Source of the DNA: Patescibacteria group bacterium
GTDB taxonomy: Bacteria; Patescibacteriota; Minisyncoccia; Phycocordibacterales; UBA9973
DNA: 64,000 nucleotides
Assembly: GCA_038063535.1 (NCBI GenBank)
Contig: JBBTUV010000004.1
Location: forward strand, 20,530 to 84,529
Direction: 5' to 3'
Shown here: in pieces, positions 8,177 through 18,454 of the stretch
How the letters are laid out: each line of letters opens with the position of its first letter
Position numbering within the stretch: position 1 is the first letter of the stretch
Translations under genes and position numbers: made by a program
The notes under the pieces: generated by a model
Database searches by the model: none
What the model was told of the DNA's origin: nothing
The model's input: only the letters and a program-made list of their open reading frames with translations

Positions 8177-8191
8177 ATTTTGTGCTATAAT
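8160..8191 (+). promoter_or_regulatory. Putative promoter (TTGCCA ... TGcTATAAT) giving a leaderless start for the next gene
   Basis: The extended -10 TGCTATAAT ends 6 nt before the ATG at 8198, and the -35-like TTGCCA lies 20 nt upstream of the -10 hexamer (long spacer). Confidence 0.35.
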
Positions 8192-8197
8192 GCGCTT

Positions 8198-8965
8198 ATG
8201 GACATCAAGGACCTGAATAAATCACAGCTCATTCTGCTTACCCTTTTACTTTCCTTCATCACCTCGATCGCAACCGGGATCACTACGGTCACGCTTCTTC
8301 GGGAACCTCCATCAGCCACAACTACTCCGATCAGCCGGGTGATCCGGCAGACCGTGGAGAGAATCGAACAAGTGCAGGGCAAGACCGTGACCGAGACGAT
8401 TGTCGTCAAAGAAGAAGATCTGGTGGTGGACACGATCGCGAACAATCAGTCCGCGGTTTTCTCCGTTTCTAAGGAGGGATTTAACGAGCTCGGAGCTCAA
8501 GCAGAAGTTTCCGCCGGCCGCGGGTTTGCGGTGACTCCCGAGGGAATTGTCGTCGTTGATTCTGCCCAAGTGTTCGAAGGAGGGACGTATTATCTTACGA
8601 ACGCTAGCGGAAAATTCCATGCCGCATTCCTTGCAGCAAATAACGCGGGTTTCAGCCTGCTTGAACTCGGGGCGCCATTTGAGGAAGGAGTAAAGGCAAC
8701 CTTCAGCGTTCCCGTCGCCGGCGATCTCTCTGCGATGAAGCCCGGGCAGAAGGTCATAATCTTGGGTGAGACGATCACTTCTTTCATTCTTGACAGCAAC
8801 CAGAACATGAAGATAAATACCAGCAAGTCAAATGCCGGAGGATTGGTTCTCAATCTTGACGGCCAAGCGCTCGGCATTGCGCTTACAAGCGAGACCGCAT
8901 CCTTTGCTCCAATTTCGGCGATAGACGAGGCAGTCAAGGCTCTTGCCCCTCCCCCAAATCCCTAA
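8198..8965 (+). CDS. Membrane-anchored trypsin-fold (HtrA/S1C-like) protein with catalytic residues apparently substituted
   Basis: There is an N-terminal TM helix. The S1 fold motifs are recognisable ([46 protein letters not shown]) but the GNSGGP serine is Ala and the His-box reads VDSAQV. Confidence 0.55.
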   Translation: MDIKDLNKSQLILLTLLLSFITSIATGITTVTLLREPPSATTTPISRVIRQTVERIEQVQGKTVTETIVVKEEDLVVDTIANNQSAVFSVSKEGFNELGAQAEVSAGRGFAVTPEGIVVVDSAQVFEGGTYYLTNASGKFHAAFLAANNAGFSLLELGAPFEEGVKATFSVPVAGDLSAMKPGQKVIILGETITSFILDSNQNMKINTSKSNAGGLVLNLDGQALGIALTSETASFAPISAIDEAVKALAPPPNP

Positions 8966-9009
8966 AAAAGCTTTACAAATTGAAATTTATAGTATATAAT
9001 GGCCCGAAA

Positions 9010-11700
9010 ATGCCTCCCCTTAACCGTTTTACAACCAAAGCGAAAGACGCGATCAAGAAAGCTCACGAGCTGGCGATAGAGCGCGGCCAAAACCACGTCT
9101 CTTCGCTTCATCTCTTGGCAGCGCTCTTGCTCCAGGAAGAGAGCATGGTGAACTCGATTCTCGACAAGATCGAGGTGGATACGATGTTGCTTACCGACAA
9201 CGTGCTTGAGGCGATCGAACTCCCAGAAACCCGCAGCACACTCTCGCCTTCCTATCAGATATATTTGAACCCTGACCTCGCGCAAGTGATCGAGGCAAGC
9301 GCGAAGCTCGCTGAATATCTCAAAGACGATTTTGTTTCGACCGAGCACCTTTTCATCGCGATGCTCGAGGTTCCCGGGGAGGCGAAGGAAACTCTCTCCC
9401 GTCACCGTATCGGCAAAGATGGGGTCATGAAGGTGCTTGAGGAACTTCGCCGCGAGAATGTTACTGATGTCTCTGAGCCGAAACGCTTCCGCCTGCTTTT
9501 AAAATACACCCGCAACCTTACCAAACTTGCGAAAGAAGACAAGCTTGACCCGGTGATCGGCCGCGAAAACGAGATCAGCCGGATCATGCAGATCCTTTCC
9601 CGCCGGACGAAGAACAACCCGATTCTAATCGGAGAAGCCGGCACCGGGAAGACCGCGGTGGTAGAAGGTTTGGCTCAGCGGATCTCGAAAAACAGCGTTC
9701 CGGAGTCGCTACGGGATAAGGAACTTGTTTCTCTTGACCTTGGCTCTTTGATCGCCGGCACGAAGTACCGCGGCGAATTCGAGGAGAGGCTCAAGGGCAT
9801 AATGAAAGAGATCGAACGCGCGGAAGGGAAGGTCATTCTTTTTATCGATGAGATTCACACGATTGTCGGCGCCGGAGGCGCGGAGGGGACACTCGATGCC
9901 TCAAACATGCTCAAACCCGCACTCTCGCGCGGAGAGCTTCGCGCGATCGGGGCGACAACTCTGAAAGAATACCAGCGACACATCGAAAAGGATCCCGCGC
10001 TCGCGCGGCGTTTCCAGCCGGTCTACATCGATGAGCCTTCAGTTGAGGACGCGATTGCGATCCTTCGCGGCCTCAAAGAAAAATATGAGCTGTTTCATGG
10101 AGTCCGTATCACCGATGATAGTATCCTCGCGGCGGTAAATCTCTCCGCGCGTTACATCACCAACCGATTCCTGCCGGACAAAGCGGTGGACTTGATCGAC
10201 GAAGCATCTTCCTCTCTGAAAATTGCGCTCGAGAACAAACCCCCGGTGCTTGAAGACGCCCACCAGCGGATCATGCGTCTGGAGATAGAAAAGGAGGCAC
10301 TGAAAAAAGAAACCGAGAATAAAGAAGCCAGGAAGCGTATAAAGGAGATCGACAAGGAGATCGGAAACCTGAACGAAAAAACAAAAGAGCTCGAGCTCAA
10401 GTGGCAGAACGAGCGCAGGGCGGTGATCGAGATCCGTTCGATCAAGAAGGACCTCGAGACGATGCGCCTGGAGGCCGAGAACGCGGAGGCCCGGGCGGAC
10501 CTCGCGCGCGCAGCAGAGATCCGCTACGGAAAGATCCCGGAAGCGAAGAAAGAACTGGAGACGAAACTTACACGCTTGAAAAAACTGCAAAAGTCGCGCC
10601 GCATCCTCAAAGAAGAAATTACCGCCGAGGATATTGCCGAAGTTGTTTCTCGCTGGACCGGGATACCGCTTACCAAGATGCTGGAGGAAGAGCGGGCGAA
10701 ACTCGAACGGATGGAGGAGGAACTCCGGAAGCGCGTGGTTGGCCAAGATGAGGCGATCAAGCGGGTGGCGGATGTTATTCGCCGCTCCCGCGCGGGCATT
10801 TCCGATCCCTCGCGGCCGATCGGCTCGTTCATATTCTTGGGGCCGACCGGTGTTGGGAAAACAGAGCTTACCAAAGCGCTCGGGCAGTTCATGTTCAACT
10901 CTGACTTAGCCGTCATTCGCGTGGATATGAGTGAGTACATGGAGCGACATAGCATTTCGAAATTAATTGGCTCGCCCCCAGGCTATGTCGGATACGAAGA
11001 AGCGGGTCAGCTGACCGAAGCGGTGCGGCACCGGCCGTATGCAGTTGTCCTTTTCGACGAAGTGGAGAAGGCGCATCCGGAAGTTTTCAATATGCTCCTT
11101 CAGGTGATCGACGAGGGCAGGCTCACCGACGGCAAAGGCCGGGTGGTCAATTTCAAGAACACCATTATTATTCTCACTTCGAACATCGGTTCGCAATTCG
11201 TTGAGAAAATGGAATCGATCGGGTTTTCCAATAATTCGGATATGCAGGATTACGGCCGAACCAAGGAGAAAGTGCTCGAGGCATTGAAGGACCACTTCCG
11301 CCCGGAATTCTTAAACCGACTAGACGAGATCATTGTCTTCGATATTCTCTCGCCTGCGGCGATCAGGGAGATCGTGGATCTGCGCGTTCAAGTGGTGAAA
11401 GACAGGCTCGAGGGCAAAGGCATCGCTTTCAAAATTTCGGAGGAAGCGCTCCTCTTCCTGGCGCAGGCTGGCTATGACCCGCATTACGGCGCGCGGCCCT
11501 TGAATCGCCTGATCCAGAACAAGATATTAAATCCTGTCGCCACTCATATCATCTCAAACGAAGTAAAGAAAGGGGACACGGTAGTGGTTTCCGCTAAAGC
11601 GGGCGAGCTCGTCATCCAAACTCAAAAAGGCGGCCCCGCCAAAGGACGGGCAGGTAGCGTTAAAAGCCCGATCCGCGTCCAGCCGAAATCTTCAGCCTAG
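9010..11700 (+). CDS. clpB: ATP-dependent chaperone ClpB (AAA+; two NBDs, middle coiled-coil domain)
   Basis: It has a Clp N domain, Walker A motifs GEAGTGKT and GPTGVGKT, an M-domain coiled coil, and a short basic C-terminal extension. The start is set at MPPLNRFT; the ORF extends 30 nt further upstream. Confidence 0.95.
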   Translation: MPPLNRFTTKAKDAIKKAHELAIERGQNHVSSLHLLAALLLQEESMVNSILDKIEVDTMLLTDNVLEAIELPETRSTLSPSYQIYLNPDLAQVIEASAKLAEYLKDDFVSTEHLFIAMLEVPGEAKETLSRHRIGKDGVMKVLEELRRENVTDVSEPKRFRLLLKYTRNLTKLAKEDKLDPVIGRENEISRIMQILSRRTKNNPILIGEAGTGKTAVVEGLAQRISKNSVPESLRDKELVSLDLGSLIAGTKYRGEFEERLKGIMKEIERAEGKVILFIDEIHTIVGAGGAEGTLDASNMLKPALSRGELRAIGATTLKEYQRHIEKDPALARRFQPVYIDEPSVEDAIAILRGLKEKYELFHGVRITDDSILAAVNLSARYITNRFLPDKAVDLIDEASSSLKIALENKPPVLEDAHQRIMRLEIEKEALKKETENKEARKRIKEIDKEIGNLNEKTKELELKWQNERRAVIEIRSIKKDLETMRLEAENAEARADLARAAEIRYGKIPEAKKELETKLTRLKKLQKSRRILKEEITAEDIAEVVSRWTGIPLTKMLEEERAKLERMEEELRKRVVGQDEAIKRVADVIRRSRAGISDPSRPIGSFIFLGPTGVGKTELTKALGQFMFNSDLAVIRVDMSEYMERHSISKLIGSPPGYVGYEEAGQLTEAVRHRPYAVVLFDEVEKAHPEVFNMLLQVIDEGRLTDGKGRVVNFKNTIIILTSNIGSQFVEKMESIGFSNNSDMQDYGRTKEKVLEALKDHFRPEFLNRLDEIIVFDILSPAAIREIVDLRVQVVKDRLEGKGIAFKISEEALLFLAQAGYDPHYGARPLNRLIQNKILNPVATHIISNEVKKGDTVVVSAKAGELVIQTQKGGPAKGRAGSVKSPIRVQPKSSA

Positions 11701-11943
11701 AACGTACACCTCCGAGCCTTCTGGAGACTTCTGGGAGAGCTTGACCGCAACCTCTTGGCCCTTCTTACCTGCTTTTATCACCTGATGATCAAGCTGTATT
11801 GACTCCACGGTGTCTTCAAATTCTTGCTCACCGTGCCTGACCATAACTTTGTCTCCCACCCCCAAAGCACCGGAGAGTTTGATTACCCCGACGCTTATTT
11901 TGTCGTACCAGTGGACGACTTTTCCAACCAATTTTTCCGCCAT
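11692..11943 (-). CDS. Small beta-barrel protein (EF-Tu domain-2-like / translation-factor-like small protein)
   Basis: 83 aa with a G-x-V pattern typical of translation-factor beta-barrels. It overlaps the 3' end of clpB convergently by 9 nt. Confidence 0.45.
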   Translation of the reverse strand: MAEKLVGKVVHWYDKISVGVIKLSGALGVGDKVMVRHGEQEFEDTVESIQLDHQVIKAGKKGQEVAVKLSQKSPEGSEVYVLG

Positions 11944-12011
11944 ATTTTTATCGACGTTTAACTACGACCTTTTTTATAGACTATTACAAACTGCCCAATA
12001 AGTCCAATTTG

Positions 12012-12094
12012 TGCGCCGGGAGGGATTCGAACCCCCGTAGCCCGAAGGCGATTGGTTTACAGCCAATTGCAATTGACCACTCTGCCACCGACGC
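12012..12094 (-). tRNA. tRNA-Tyr (anticodon GTA), long variable arm
   Basis: The acceptor is GCGTCGG/CCGGCGC, the anticodon stem-loop is ATTGG-CTGTAAA-CCAAT, the variable arm is CGCCTTCGGGCTAC and the T-arm is GGGGGTTCGAATCCCTC. Confidence 0.85.
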
Positions 12095-12170
12095 ATGCCT
12101 ATAAAATAACACAAAAAAACCCTTCGCGCATCTTTTTTGTTGTTATTTCTGTAAAATATGTTATTATTTC

Positions 12171-12192
12171 AAAAAGCCCCCGGGCTTTTTTT
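12171..12192. other. A-tract/GC-stem/T-tract hairpin immediately upstream of the typA start codon
   Basis: AAAAAGCCCCCGGGCTTTTTTT ends 2 nt before the ATG at 12195, giving a terminator-like palindrome with flanking A and T runs. Confidence 0.35.
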
Positions 12193-12194
12193 AT

Positions 12195-14006
12195 ATGGAA
12201 ATTAGAAATATAGCTATAATCGCCCATGTGGACCATGGCAAGACCACTCTAACCGATGCTCTAATGAAGCAAAATGGAATACTCTTGGATGAGGGAGTGT
12301 CTATGGACTCAAACGCTCTGGAAAAAGAGCGCGGTATTACTATATATTCCAAAAACACATCAATCTATTACAAGGGTACAAAGATAAACATCGTAGATAC
12401 TCCTGGCCACGCGGATTTCGGAAGCGAAGTGGAACGCGTTTTGCGAGCCATTGATTCGGTACTTCTTTTAGTGGACGCCGTTGAAGGTCCCATGCCTCAA
12501 ACCAGGTTCGTTCTGAAAAAATCTTTAGAGCTGGGACTCCAGCCGATTGTGGTTATAAATAAGATAGACAAGTCAGCTTCAGATCCGCACCGAGTGCACG
12601 ATGAAATTCTGGGATTGTTTTTTGAACTGGGTGCTTCTGAAGAGCAAGCAAATTTTGAGACGATTTATGCTATTGGGCGAGAGGGGAAAGCCTTTAAAAA
12701 TCTTGGTGATACGTCGGCAGACCTGTCTCCACTGCTAGACTTGATTCTAGAAAAAGTTCCACCAGCTTCAAAGAAAGAAAATGAAAAGATGTCGGCACAG
12801 GTTTTCAACTTAGCTTATGACAATTTCCTAGGCAGAATGGCAGTCGCGCGAATTTATTCGGGTCAAATGAAATCCCCCGCCGCTGTTTTTGTGAAGGGCG
12901 AGAAGGGAAGTCGTGCAGGTAAGATCACGAAACTTTTTACCTTCGAGGGAATAAGCAGGAAAGAAGTCGAGAAAGCTTTATCGGGCGACATAGTGCTCTT
13001 GGCTGGTATTCCAGACATATATATCGGTGAGACCATTTGTGAAGATGAAACGGTAGAGGAAATGCCACACATTGCTATCGACGAGCCGACGCTCTCACTC
13101 AATTTTTTGGTTAACGACTCTCCATTTGCTGGTCGGGAAGGAAAGTTTGTAACTTCAAGACAGCTTAAAGAAAGATTAGAAAAAGAACTTGAGATAAATG
13201 TCGGTCTTAGAATCAATTTTTCACCGGATCAGGGTGAAAAAATGGGGCCGAGCTTTTTTAAAGTTTACGGTCGCGGTGAATTACACATTGCTATCCTTCT
13301 CGAAAATATGCGACGCGAAGGATTTGAAATGCAGGTTTCGGAACCAGAAGTAATTATCAAAGAGAATGATGGCGAGCTTGTCGAACCATATGAAGAACTA
13401 GTTATTGACGTACCTGTAGAATCAAGCGGAAGCGTTATTGAAAAAATTGGCAAGCGTAGAGGCATCATGAAAGACATGGTAGAGAAAGAGGGCATAGCTC
13501 GAGTTATTTTTGATATCCCAACTCGCGGACTTCTGGGGTATCGTAGTGAGTTTATCATCGACACCAAAGGGGAAGGTATCATGTCTTCTCGTGTCACTGG
13601 CTTTCGAAAGTACGCAGGGGATATAAATAAGCGCGAATTCGGCTCGATGGTTTCGATGGTGTCCGGCAAGGCAGTCACCTTCTCCCTTGCAAATTTACAA
13701 GAACGTGGTATTATGTATATCGAGCACGGAGCCGAGGTATATGAGGGCATGGTCATAGGGAACGTGTTAAAAGGGGAGGATATGTCAGTAAACCCTACCA
13801 AAGGCAAGCAGCTTACCAACATGCGTGCTTCCGGTACCGATGAGGCTTTGTTTTTAAAGCCTGCTTTTACTTTAAACATAGAAAGGGGCCTAGAAGTTAT
13901 GAATAGAGAAGAATATCTCGAAATCACTCCCGAGTCCGTGAGACTTCGCAAAAAGTACCTCACCGAACTAGATCGGACAAGGCAGGGGAGGCAAAGCAAG
14001 AGATAG
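12195..14006 (+). CDS. typA: Translational GTPase TypA/BipA
   Basis: [11 protein letters not shown] and DTPGHADF are present and the architecture is EF-G-like. 603 aa. Confidence 0.95.
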   Translation: MEIRNIAIIAHVDHGKTTLTDALMKQNGILLDEGVSMDSNALEKERGITIYSKNTSIYYKGTKINIVDTPGHADFGSEVERVLRAIDSVLLLVDAVEGPMPQTRFVLKKSLELGLQPIVVINKIDKSASDPHRVHDEILGLFFELGASEEQANFETIYAIGREGKAFKNLGDTSADLSPLLDLILEKVPPASKKENEKMSAQVFNLAYDNFLGRMAVARIYSGQMKSPAAVFVKGEKGSRAGKITKLFTFEGISRKEVEKALSGDIVLLAGIPDIYIGETICEDETVEEMPHIAIDEPTLSLNFLVNDSPFAGREGKFVTSRQLKERLEKELEINVGLRINFSPDQGEKMGPSFFKVYGRGELHIAILLENMRREGFEMQVSEPEVIIKENDGELVEPYEELVIDVPVESSGSVIEKIGKRRGIMKDMVEKEGIARVIFDIPTRGLLGYRSEFIIDTKGEGIMSSRVTGFRKYAGDINKREFGSMVSMVSGKAVTFSLANLQERGIMYIEHGAEVYEGMVIGNVLKGEDMSVNPTKGKQLTNMRASGTDEALFLKPAFTLNIERGLEVMNREEYLEITPESVRLRKKYLTELDRTRQGRQSKR

Positions 14007-14011
14007 TAGAT

Positions 14012-14039
14012 TTGACACTGGGCCGGCATTGTGTATAAT
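14012..14039 (+). promoter_or_regulatory. Consensus sigma-70-type promoter (TTGACA-16 nt-TATAAT)
   Basis: Both hexamers are perfect with a 16-nt spacer, 25 nt upstream of the ATG at 14064. Confidence 0.6.
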
Positions 14040-14063
14040 TAAGGGGTAGACTTTCTCAAATTT

Positions 14064-15095
14064 ATGGCAAAGGTATCCTTCAAACCCAAGCAAGTCACCA
14101 AAAGAATCACTTCCCATCTTCATGACCGAGCGAACGATGTTATCATGAGCCGCTTCGGTCTCACTCCGGACGCGGTCCGGAAGACTCTCGAGGAGATCGG
14201 CAAGCGTTACAACATTACCCGCGAGCGAGTCCGTCAGATCGAAGACGCGGCCATCGCGCTTATCAAAAAGTCCGAAGCCTACAAACGGGAACAGGTAGCC
14301 TTCGATGAACTCAAAGAGCTGATCGTCTCACTCGGTTCGATCGTCGCCGAGCACGAGTTGCTTTCGCACATAAGCGATGATAAAGCGACCCAGAACCATA
14401 TTCATTTTTATCTTGTCTTGGGCGATACTTTCAAAAAACATCGTGAGGACGAGCATTTTCATGCGCGTTGGAGCGTGAACGACGCGGTGGCGGAGAAAGT
14501 ACACGACGCACTGAAGCGTCTTTATGCCTCCCTCTCGGACGAAGATCTTGTCCCGGAGTCTGAGATGATTAAAAGATTCCTCGAGCATTTGAAGGACGCC
14601 TCGGATCATTATCGGGACGAGGAGATTGCCCGCAGATGGCTGCGTATCTCAAAGACCATCAAGAAGAATCCCTTGGGCGACTGGGGCAAGGCGAGCTCTC
14701 CGAACGTCCACACTCGTGGCGTGAAAGATTACGCGTTCCTGGTGATGCGCAAGCACGGCTCGCCGATGCATTTCCGGGAAGTTGCCGACGCGATCTCGAA
14801 AACTTTCGGGAAGAAGACTCACTACGCCACTTGCCACAACGAACTGATCAAAGACCCGCGCTTCGTCTTGGTGGGGCGGGGGATCTATGCGCTCGCCGAG
14901 TGGGGCTACAAGCCCGGCATCGCTCGCGAAGTCATCAGGGATATCCTCAAGCGCGAAGGTCCGATGAACAAGGACGACGTCATCGAGCGGGTGATGAAAG
15001 AGCGCTACTTCAAGAAAAATACTATTCTCGTCAACCTGGTGAACCCGAAGTATTTCAAGAAAAACAAGAACGGCCTCTATTCGCTCGCCGCATAG
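14064..15095 (+). CDS. DNA-binding protein with an N-terminal sigma-70 region 4 HTH and a C-terminal HARE-HTH-like winged helix
   Basis: The N-terminus has the sigma region 4.2 signature (LEEIGKRYNITRERVRQIEDAAIALIKK). The C-terminal ~90 aa resemble the RpoE-delta N-terminal HARE-HTH (FREVADAISKTF...GRGIYALAEWGY). There are no sigma regions 2 or 3. Confidence 0.65.
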   Translation: MAKVSFKPKQVTKRITSHLHDRANDVIMSRFGLTPDAVRKTLEEIGKRYNITRERVRQIEDAAIALIKKSEAYKREQVAFDELKELIVSLGSIVAEHELLSHISDDKATQNHIHFYLVLGDTFKKHREDEHFHARWSVNDAVAEKVHDALKRLYASLSDEDLVPESEMIKRFLEHLKDASDHYRDEEIARRWLRISKTIKKNPLGDWGKASSPNVHTRGVKDYAFLVMRKHGSPMHFREVADAISKTFGKKTHYATCHNELIKDPRFVLVGRGIYALAEWGYKPGIAREVIRDILKREGPMNKDDVIERVMKERYFKKNTILVNLVNPKYFKKNKNGLYSLAA

Positions 15096-15107
15096 TAAAA
15101 TATAGAA

Positions 15108-15284
15108 ATGCCCATTTTCCCCATAGTTTTCATGCTCTTCGTCCTCCCGTTCCTGATCATCCAGGAGGGGTATAAGATGCTCAAGGGTGCTCTCTCCCGC
15201 CCGGGTTTCGCCAGGAATTTTCTCTATATTTTGGTGCTCTTGCTTGCGCTAGTCGGCATCTCTCTCTTTCTCGCCGGCTTCTAG
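15108..15284 (+). CDS. Possible small two-helix membrane protein (58 aa, below the ORF-track cutoff)
   Basis: This is an ATG-initiated ORF (MPIFPIVFMLFVLPFLIIQEGYKMLKGALSRPGFARNFLYILVLLLALVGISLFLAGF) in the gap between two plus-strand genes. Confidence 0.3.
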   Translation: MPIFPIVFMLFVLPFLIIQEGYKMLKGALSRPGFARNFLYILVLLLALVGISLFLAGF

Positions 15285-15313
15285 ATTTCCTCTTTTTATA
15301 CTAAAATATAGGC

Positions 15314-16666
15314 ATGGACGAGCTTTTTGATTTCCTCGAGCATCATCTCCCCAAGATCCTCCTGGTCGTTATCGTCGCATTCCTTGCCTGGGTGCTTTTC
15401 CGAGCCGAACTTCTTTTTCCGCTTCTGGGTACGATTATCCTCGGCTGGATCGGCTGGAAGGTATGGGTGCATTACGTCCAGCAAGACTTCATCTCCGGCA
15501 TCGAGTGGGTGCTCCTTGAGATAGTGCCACCGCGGGAGGTCATGCGCTCTCCGAAAGCGATGGAGCTTTTTATCACCAACGCTCTCTATCACCTTTCTTT
15601 CAAAGGGGGCAAAGAAGAGTTCTGGCAGGGCGCGGTCTGGTTCTGGCATTCGCTCGAGATCGCTTCGATCGAGGGGCAGGTGCATTTTTATGTCCGCAGT
15701 CCGTCGCGCCTCCGGGGCCTCATTGAAACACAGTTGTACGCGCAGTACCCCCAGGCGCAGGTGCGGGTGGCGGAAGATTACACGCTCGCCGTGCCGGAAA
15801 TTTCCCAAAATAGTGAATGGAACGGCTGGGGTTGTGAATTCAATCTTGTAAAAAGCGAGGCTTACCCGATCAAGACCTACACCGATTTCGGTTTGGACAA
15901 AGATCCCAAAGAAGAATACAAAGTGGACCCGATCTCTCCGGTGATCGAGTTCTTCGGCGCACTCGGCAAGAATGAGCAGGCGTGGCTCCAGTTTGTGATC
16001 AAGCCCGCGGGAGCCACCGGCGGCACGAAACATAAACGGGATTGGGTGAACCAGGCGAACGACACCATGAAAGATTTGCTCCGGCCCTACACTCGTACGC
16101 AAAGAGGCATAGAAGAGGGAGAAACTGCACTCGAGATCCGCGCGCCGAAATTCTACGACAACGTTATCACCGCTATGAACATGAAGACAGGCAAGCTCGG
16201 TTTCGAAACGGGCATCCGGCTCGTCTACGTGGCCAAGAAAGAACACTTCAGCATGAACAATCGCCGCGACATCCGTCTTATTTTCCGCCAATACGCCAAG
16301 CCCGATTGCAACGAGCTCCTGCGCATAAATTCCGCGCAGGCGGACCGCTACAGCGGCGTCTTTTCCGCCTCGCCGAAGACCGTCATGATGCTCGCAAACA
16401 GGATGGTGCATGAATTCCGCGACCGGGCATTCTTTCACCTCCCACTCCGGCACCACATTTTCTCCCAAAAGTATTGGAGCTGGCCCTTTCCGACGTTTAT
16501 CTCCATAGACGGCATCATCAAGGCTTACATTCATCACCATACCTTTATCCTGAACACCGAAGAGCTCGCGACCCTCTGGCATTTCCCGGGCCAGATCCTG
16601 AAAGTCCCGTCCCTCGAGCGCATCGAATCGAAAGAAGCTTCTCCGCCTCCAAACTTGCCGACATGA
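15314..16666 (+). CDS. Hypothetical membrane protein (two N-terminal TM helices plus a ~390-aa soluble domain), family not recognised
   Basis: 450 aa with credible TM helices and protein-like composition. The antisense 462-aa ORF has Arg/His-rich shadow composition. Its stop overlaps the mltG start (ATGA). Confidence 0.65.
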   Translation: MDELFDFLEHHLPKILLVVIVAFLAWVLFRAELLFPLLGTIILGWIGWKVWVHYVQQDFISGIEWVLLEIVPPREVMRSPKAMELFITNALYHLSFKGGKEEFWQGAVWFWHSLEIASIEGQVHFYVRSPSRLRGLIETQLYAQYPQAQVRVAEDYTLAVPEISQNSEWNGWGCEFNLVKSEAYPIKTYTDFGLDKDPKEEYKVDPISPVIEFFGALGKNEQAWLQFVIKPAGATGGTKHKRDWVNQANDTMKDLLRPYTRTQRGIEEGETALEIRAPKFYDNVITAMNMKTGKLGFETGIRLVYVAKKEHFSMNNRRDIRLIFRQYAKPDCNELLRINSAQADRYSGVFSASPKTVMMLANRMVHEFRDRAFFHLPLRHHIFSQKYWSWPFPTFISIDGIIKAYIHHHTFILNTEELATLWHFPGQILKVPSLERIESKEASPPPNLPT

Positions 16667-17544
16667 TTTTTTACCAGAAAGCATTTCCGCTTGCGCTCGG
16701 CGCTGTTTTACTCATCGCGGGCGTGAATTATTTTCTCATCTCTCCGCCCGGCGATTTTCCGGAGGGGCGCATTGTTTCTCTCGAGCAGGGGATGAGCCTG
16801 CGAGCCGTATCGGCCAAGCTCAAAGAGGAAAATTTTATCCGCTCGCGAGTGGCGTTCGAAGCGTTCGTCATCATCTACGCCGGTGAGCGGCATGCCGTCG
16901 CGGCCGATTACTATTTCGAAAAGAAACTGCCGGCTTTTGAAGTTGCGCGCCGGGTCGCATTCGGCAAAAGCGCTCTGGCGCCGATCCGCTTCACCATCCC
17001 CGAGGGCTTCACCAACCAAGAGATCGCCGCCTCCGCCGCGCGCCTGCTCCCGAACTTCGTTCCGGAAATATTTCTCAAGGACGCGAGCGACAAAGAGGGT
17101 TACCTTTTTCCCGACACTTATTTTTTTATTTTCCGCGCAAGTTCGGAGGACGTGCTCGGGGCTCTGGAGAAAAATTATGAGAAGAAAATAGTACCGCTCC
17201 GGCCGGAGATTGCTGAATCCGGGAAAAGTGAAGACTCGATAATCACCATGGCCTCGCTCATCGAGCGCGAGGCCAAAGGCCTCGAGCGCGCTGTAATCTC
17301 GGGAATTTTGTGGAAACGCCTTGCGCTCGGCCGAGCGCTCGAGGTTGATGCTGCGCCGGACACTTACCAAAAGCGGGGTTTGCCGGAAGCCCCCATAGCC
17401 AACCCCGGCCTAGCTTCGATCAAAGCGGCCATCCACCCCGAGAACTCGCCCTATCTTTACTACCTGCACGACTCGGAAGGCAATATTCATTACGCCCGCA
17501 CTTTCGAGGAGCACAAGAAGAATAAAGCGCTGTATTTAAAATAA
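16663..17544 (+). CDS. mltG: Endolytic murein transglycosylase MltG/YceG family
   Basis: There is an N-terminal TM helix and a YceG-like domain (DTYFF, LASIIEREA-like motif SLIEREAKG). The start is set at MIFYQKAF. Confidence 0.85.
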   Translation: MIFYQKAFPLALGAVLLIAGVNYFLISPPGDFPEGRIVSLEQGMSLRAVSAKLKEENFIRSRVAFEAFVIIYAGERHAVAADYYFEKKLPAFEVARRVAFGKSALAPIRFTIPEGFTNQEIAASAARLLPNFVPEIFLKDASDKEGYLFPDTYFFIFRASSEDVLGALEKNYEKKIVPLRPEIAESGKSEDSIITMASLIEREAKGLERAVISGILWKRLALGRALEVDAAPDTYQKRGLPEAPIANPGLASIKAAIHPENSPYLYYLHDSEGNIHYARTFEEHKKNKALYLK

Positions 17545-17546
17545 GC

Positions 17547-18074
17547 ATGAAGAAACTCAACCTCGCTTTCATAGATATGGAGATGACCGGGCTAAACCCA
17601 ACCGAACACGAGATCCTCGAGCTTGCAGCCATCATAACCTCGCCGAATTTGAAAGTCCTCGACGAGTTCGAGGTGAAAGTAAAGCCCGAGCATATCGAGA
17701 CCGCGGACCAGACATCGCTTAAGATCTCAAATTATAGCGCGAAAGAGTGGGGGAGCGCCGTCTCACTTCGCGAAGCGATGGAAACTCTGAACGCAAAGGC
17801 GAAAGATTGCGTCATGATCGCTCACAATGTCGCTTTCGACTCGCTTTTCATTGAAGCCGCGTTTGCGAAGCTCGGTATCGCAAACGCTCTGCACTATCAC
17901 AAGCTCGACACTGTCTCGGTCGCCTGGGCGAAACTCCACCGCGAGCCAGATCTCGAGCATTTTTCCCTGCGCGAACTGTGCCTGCGCTTCGGCATCGAAA
18001 ACCCGAAAGCGCACACTGCTCTCTCCGACGCCCGCGCCACTTACGCGCTTTACAAGAAACTCATGGAGCTCTGA
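17547..18074 (+). CDS. DEDDh 3'-5' exonuclease (DnaQ/epsilon-like)
   Basis: Exo I is FIDMEMTGL, Exo II is HNVAFD and Exo III is HTALSDARATY. Confidence 0.8.
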   Translation: MKKLNLAFIDMEMTGLNPTEHEILELAAIITSPNLKVLDEFEVKVKPEHIETADQTSLKISNYSAKEWGSAVSLREAMETLNAKAKDCVMIAHNVAFDSLFIEAAFAKLGIANALHYHKLDTVSVAWAKLHREPDLEHFSLRELCLRFGIENPKAHTALSDARATYALYKKLMEL

Positions 18075-18094
18075 CGTAGTATAATTAGGAAGTT

Positions 18095-18454
18095 ATGTCG
18101 GAAGGACCACCGAAAAATCCGAGAGATCGAATTCTCCATGAAAAGGAGCTCGCAAGGCATGGTGTCATCAGAGATCCTTTCAATGACTGGGCCGCAGTTT
18201 TAATGTTTGCTCGCCCCGGTTCGGACTCAGGTCTTCTTGCAGCGATCCCCACTTACGAAGCGAGCGTTCGCGCCCATCCTCTTTTTGCGCCGCATGCCGA
18301 TTTTATTCTTGAGGCGAGCGATCCGGAGAAAGTCCGTAAGTACAACGAACTTGCGGCAATTTACAACCAGGAACTTCCTGCCATCAAAAGATCAAAGGAC
18401 TATAAGCGGGCGAACGAGTTGGCACACGAAGCCATGGCACTTATCAAGCTCTAA
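18095..18454 (+). CDS. Hypothetical protein
   Basis: 119-aa ORF with protein-like composition and no recognised domain. Confidence 0.45.
   Translation: MSEGPPKNPRDRILHEKELARHGVIRDPFNDWAAVLMFARPGSDSGLLAAIPTYEASVRAHPLFAPHADFILEASDPEKVRKYNELAAIYNQELPAIKRSKDYKRANELAHEAMALIKL

Noticed and set aside
8962-10955. Several minus-strand ORFs of 80-235 aa (8962-9405, 10039-10746, 10524-10955) and a 116-aa plus-frame ORF inside clpB
   Set aside because: All lie within or antisense to the clearly identified ClpB coding sequence and have shadow-frame composition.
13265-14029. 254-aa minus-strand ORF antisense to typA
   Set aside because: It overlaps the conserved TypA/BipA gene; it has Ser/Pro/Ile-rich shadow composition.
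15296-16684. 462-aa minus-strand ORF fully antisense to the 450-aa membrane-protein gene
   Set aside because: It has Arg/His/Leu-rich shadow-ORF composition, no TM helices or recognisable domain, and no sensible start context. The plus-strand product has credible TM helices and is translationally coupled to mltG.
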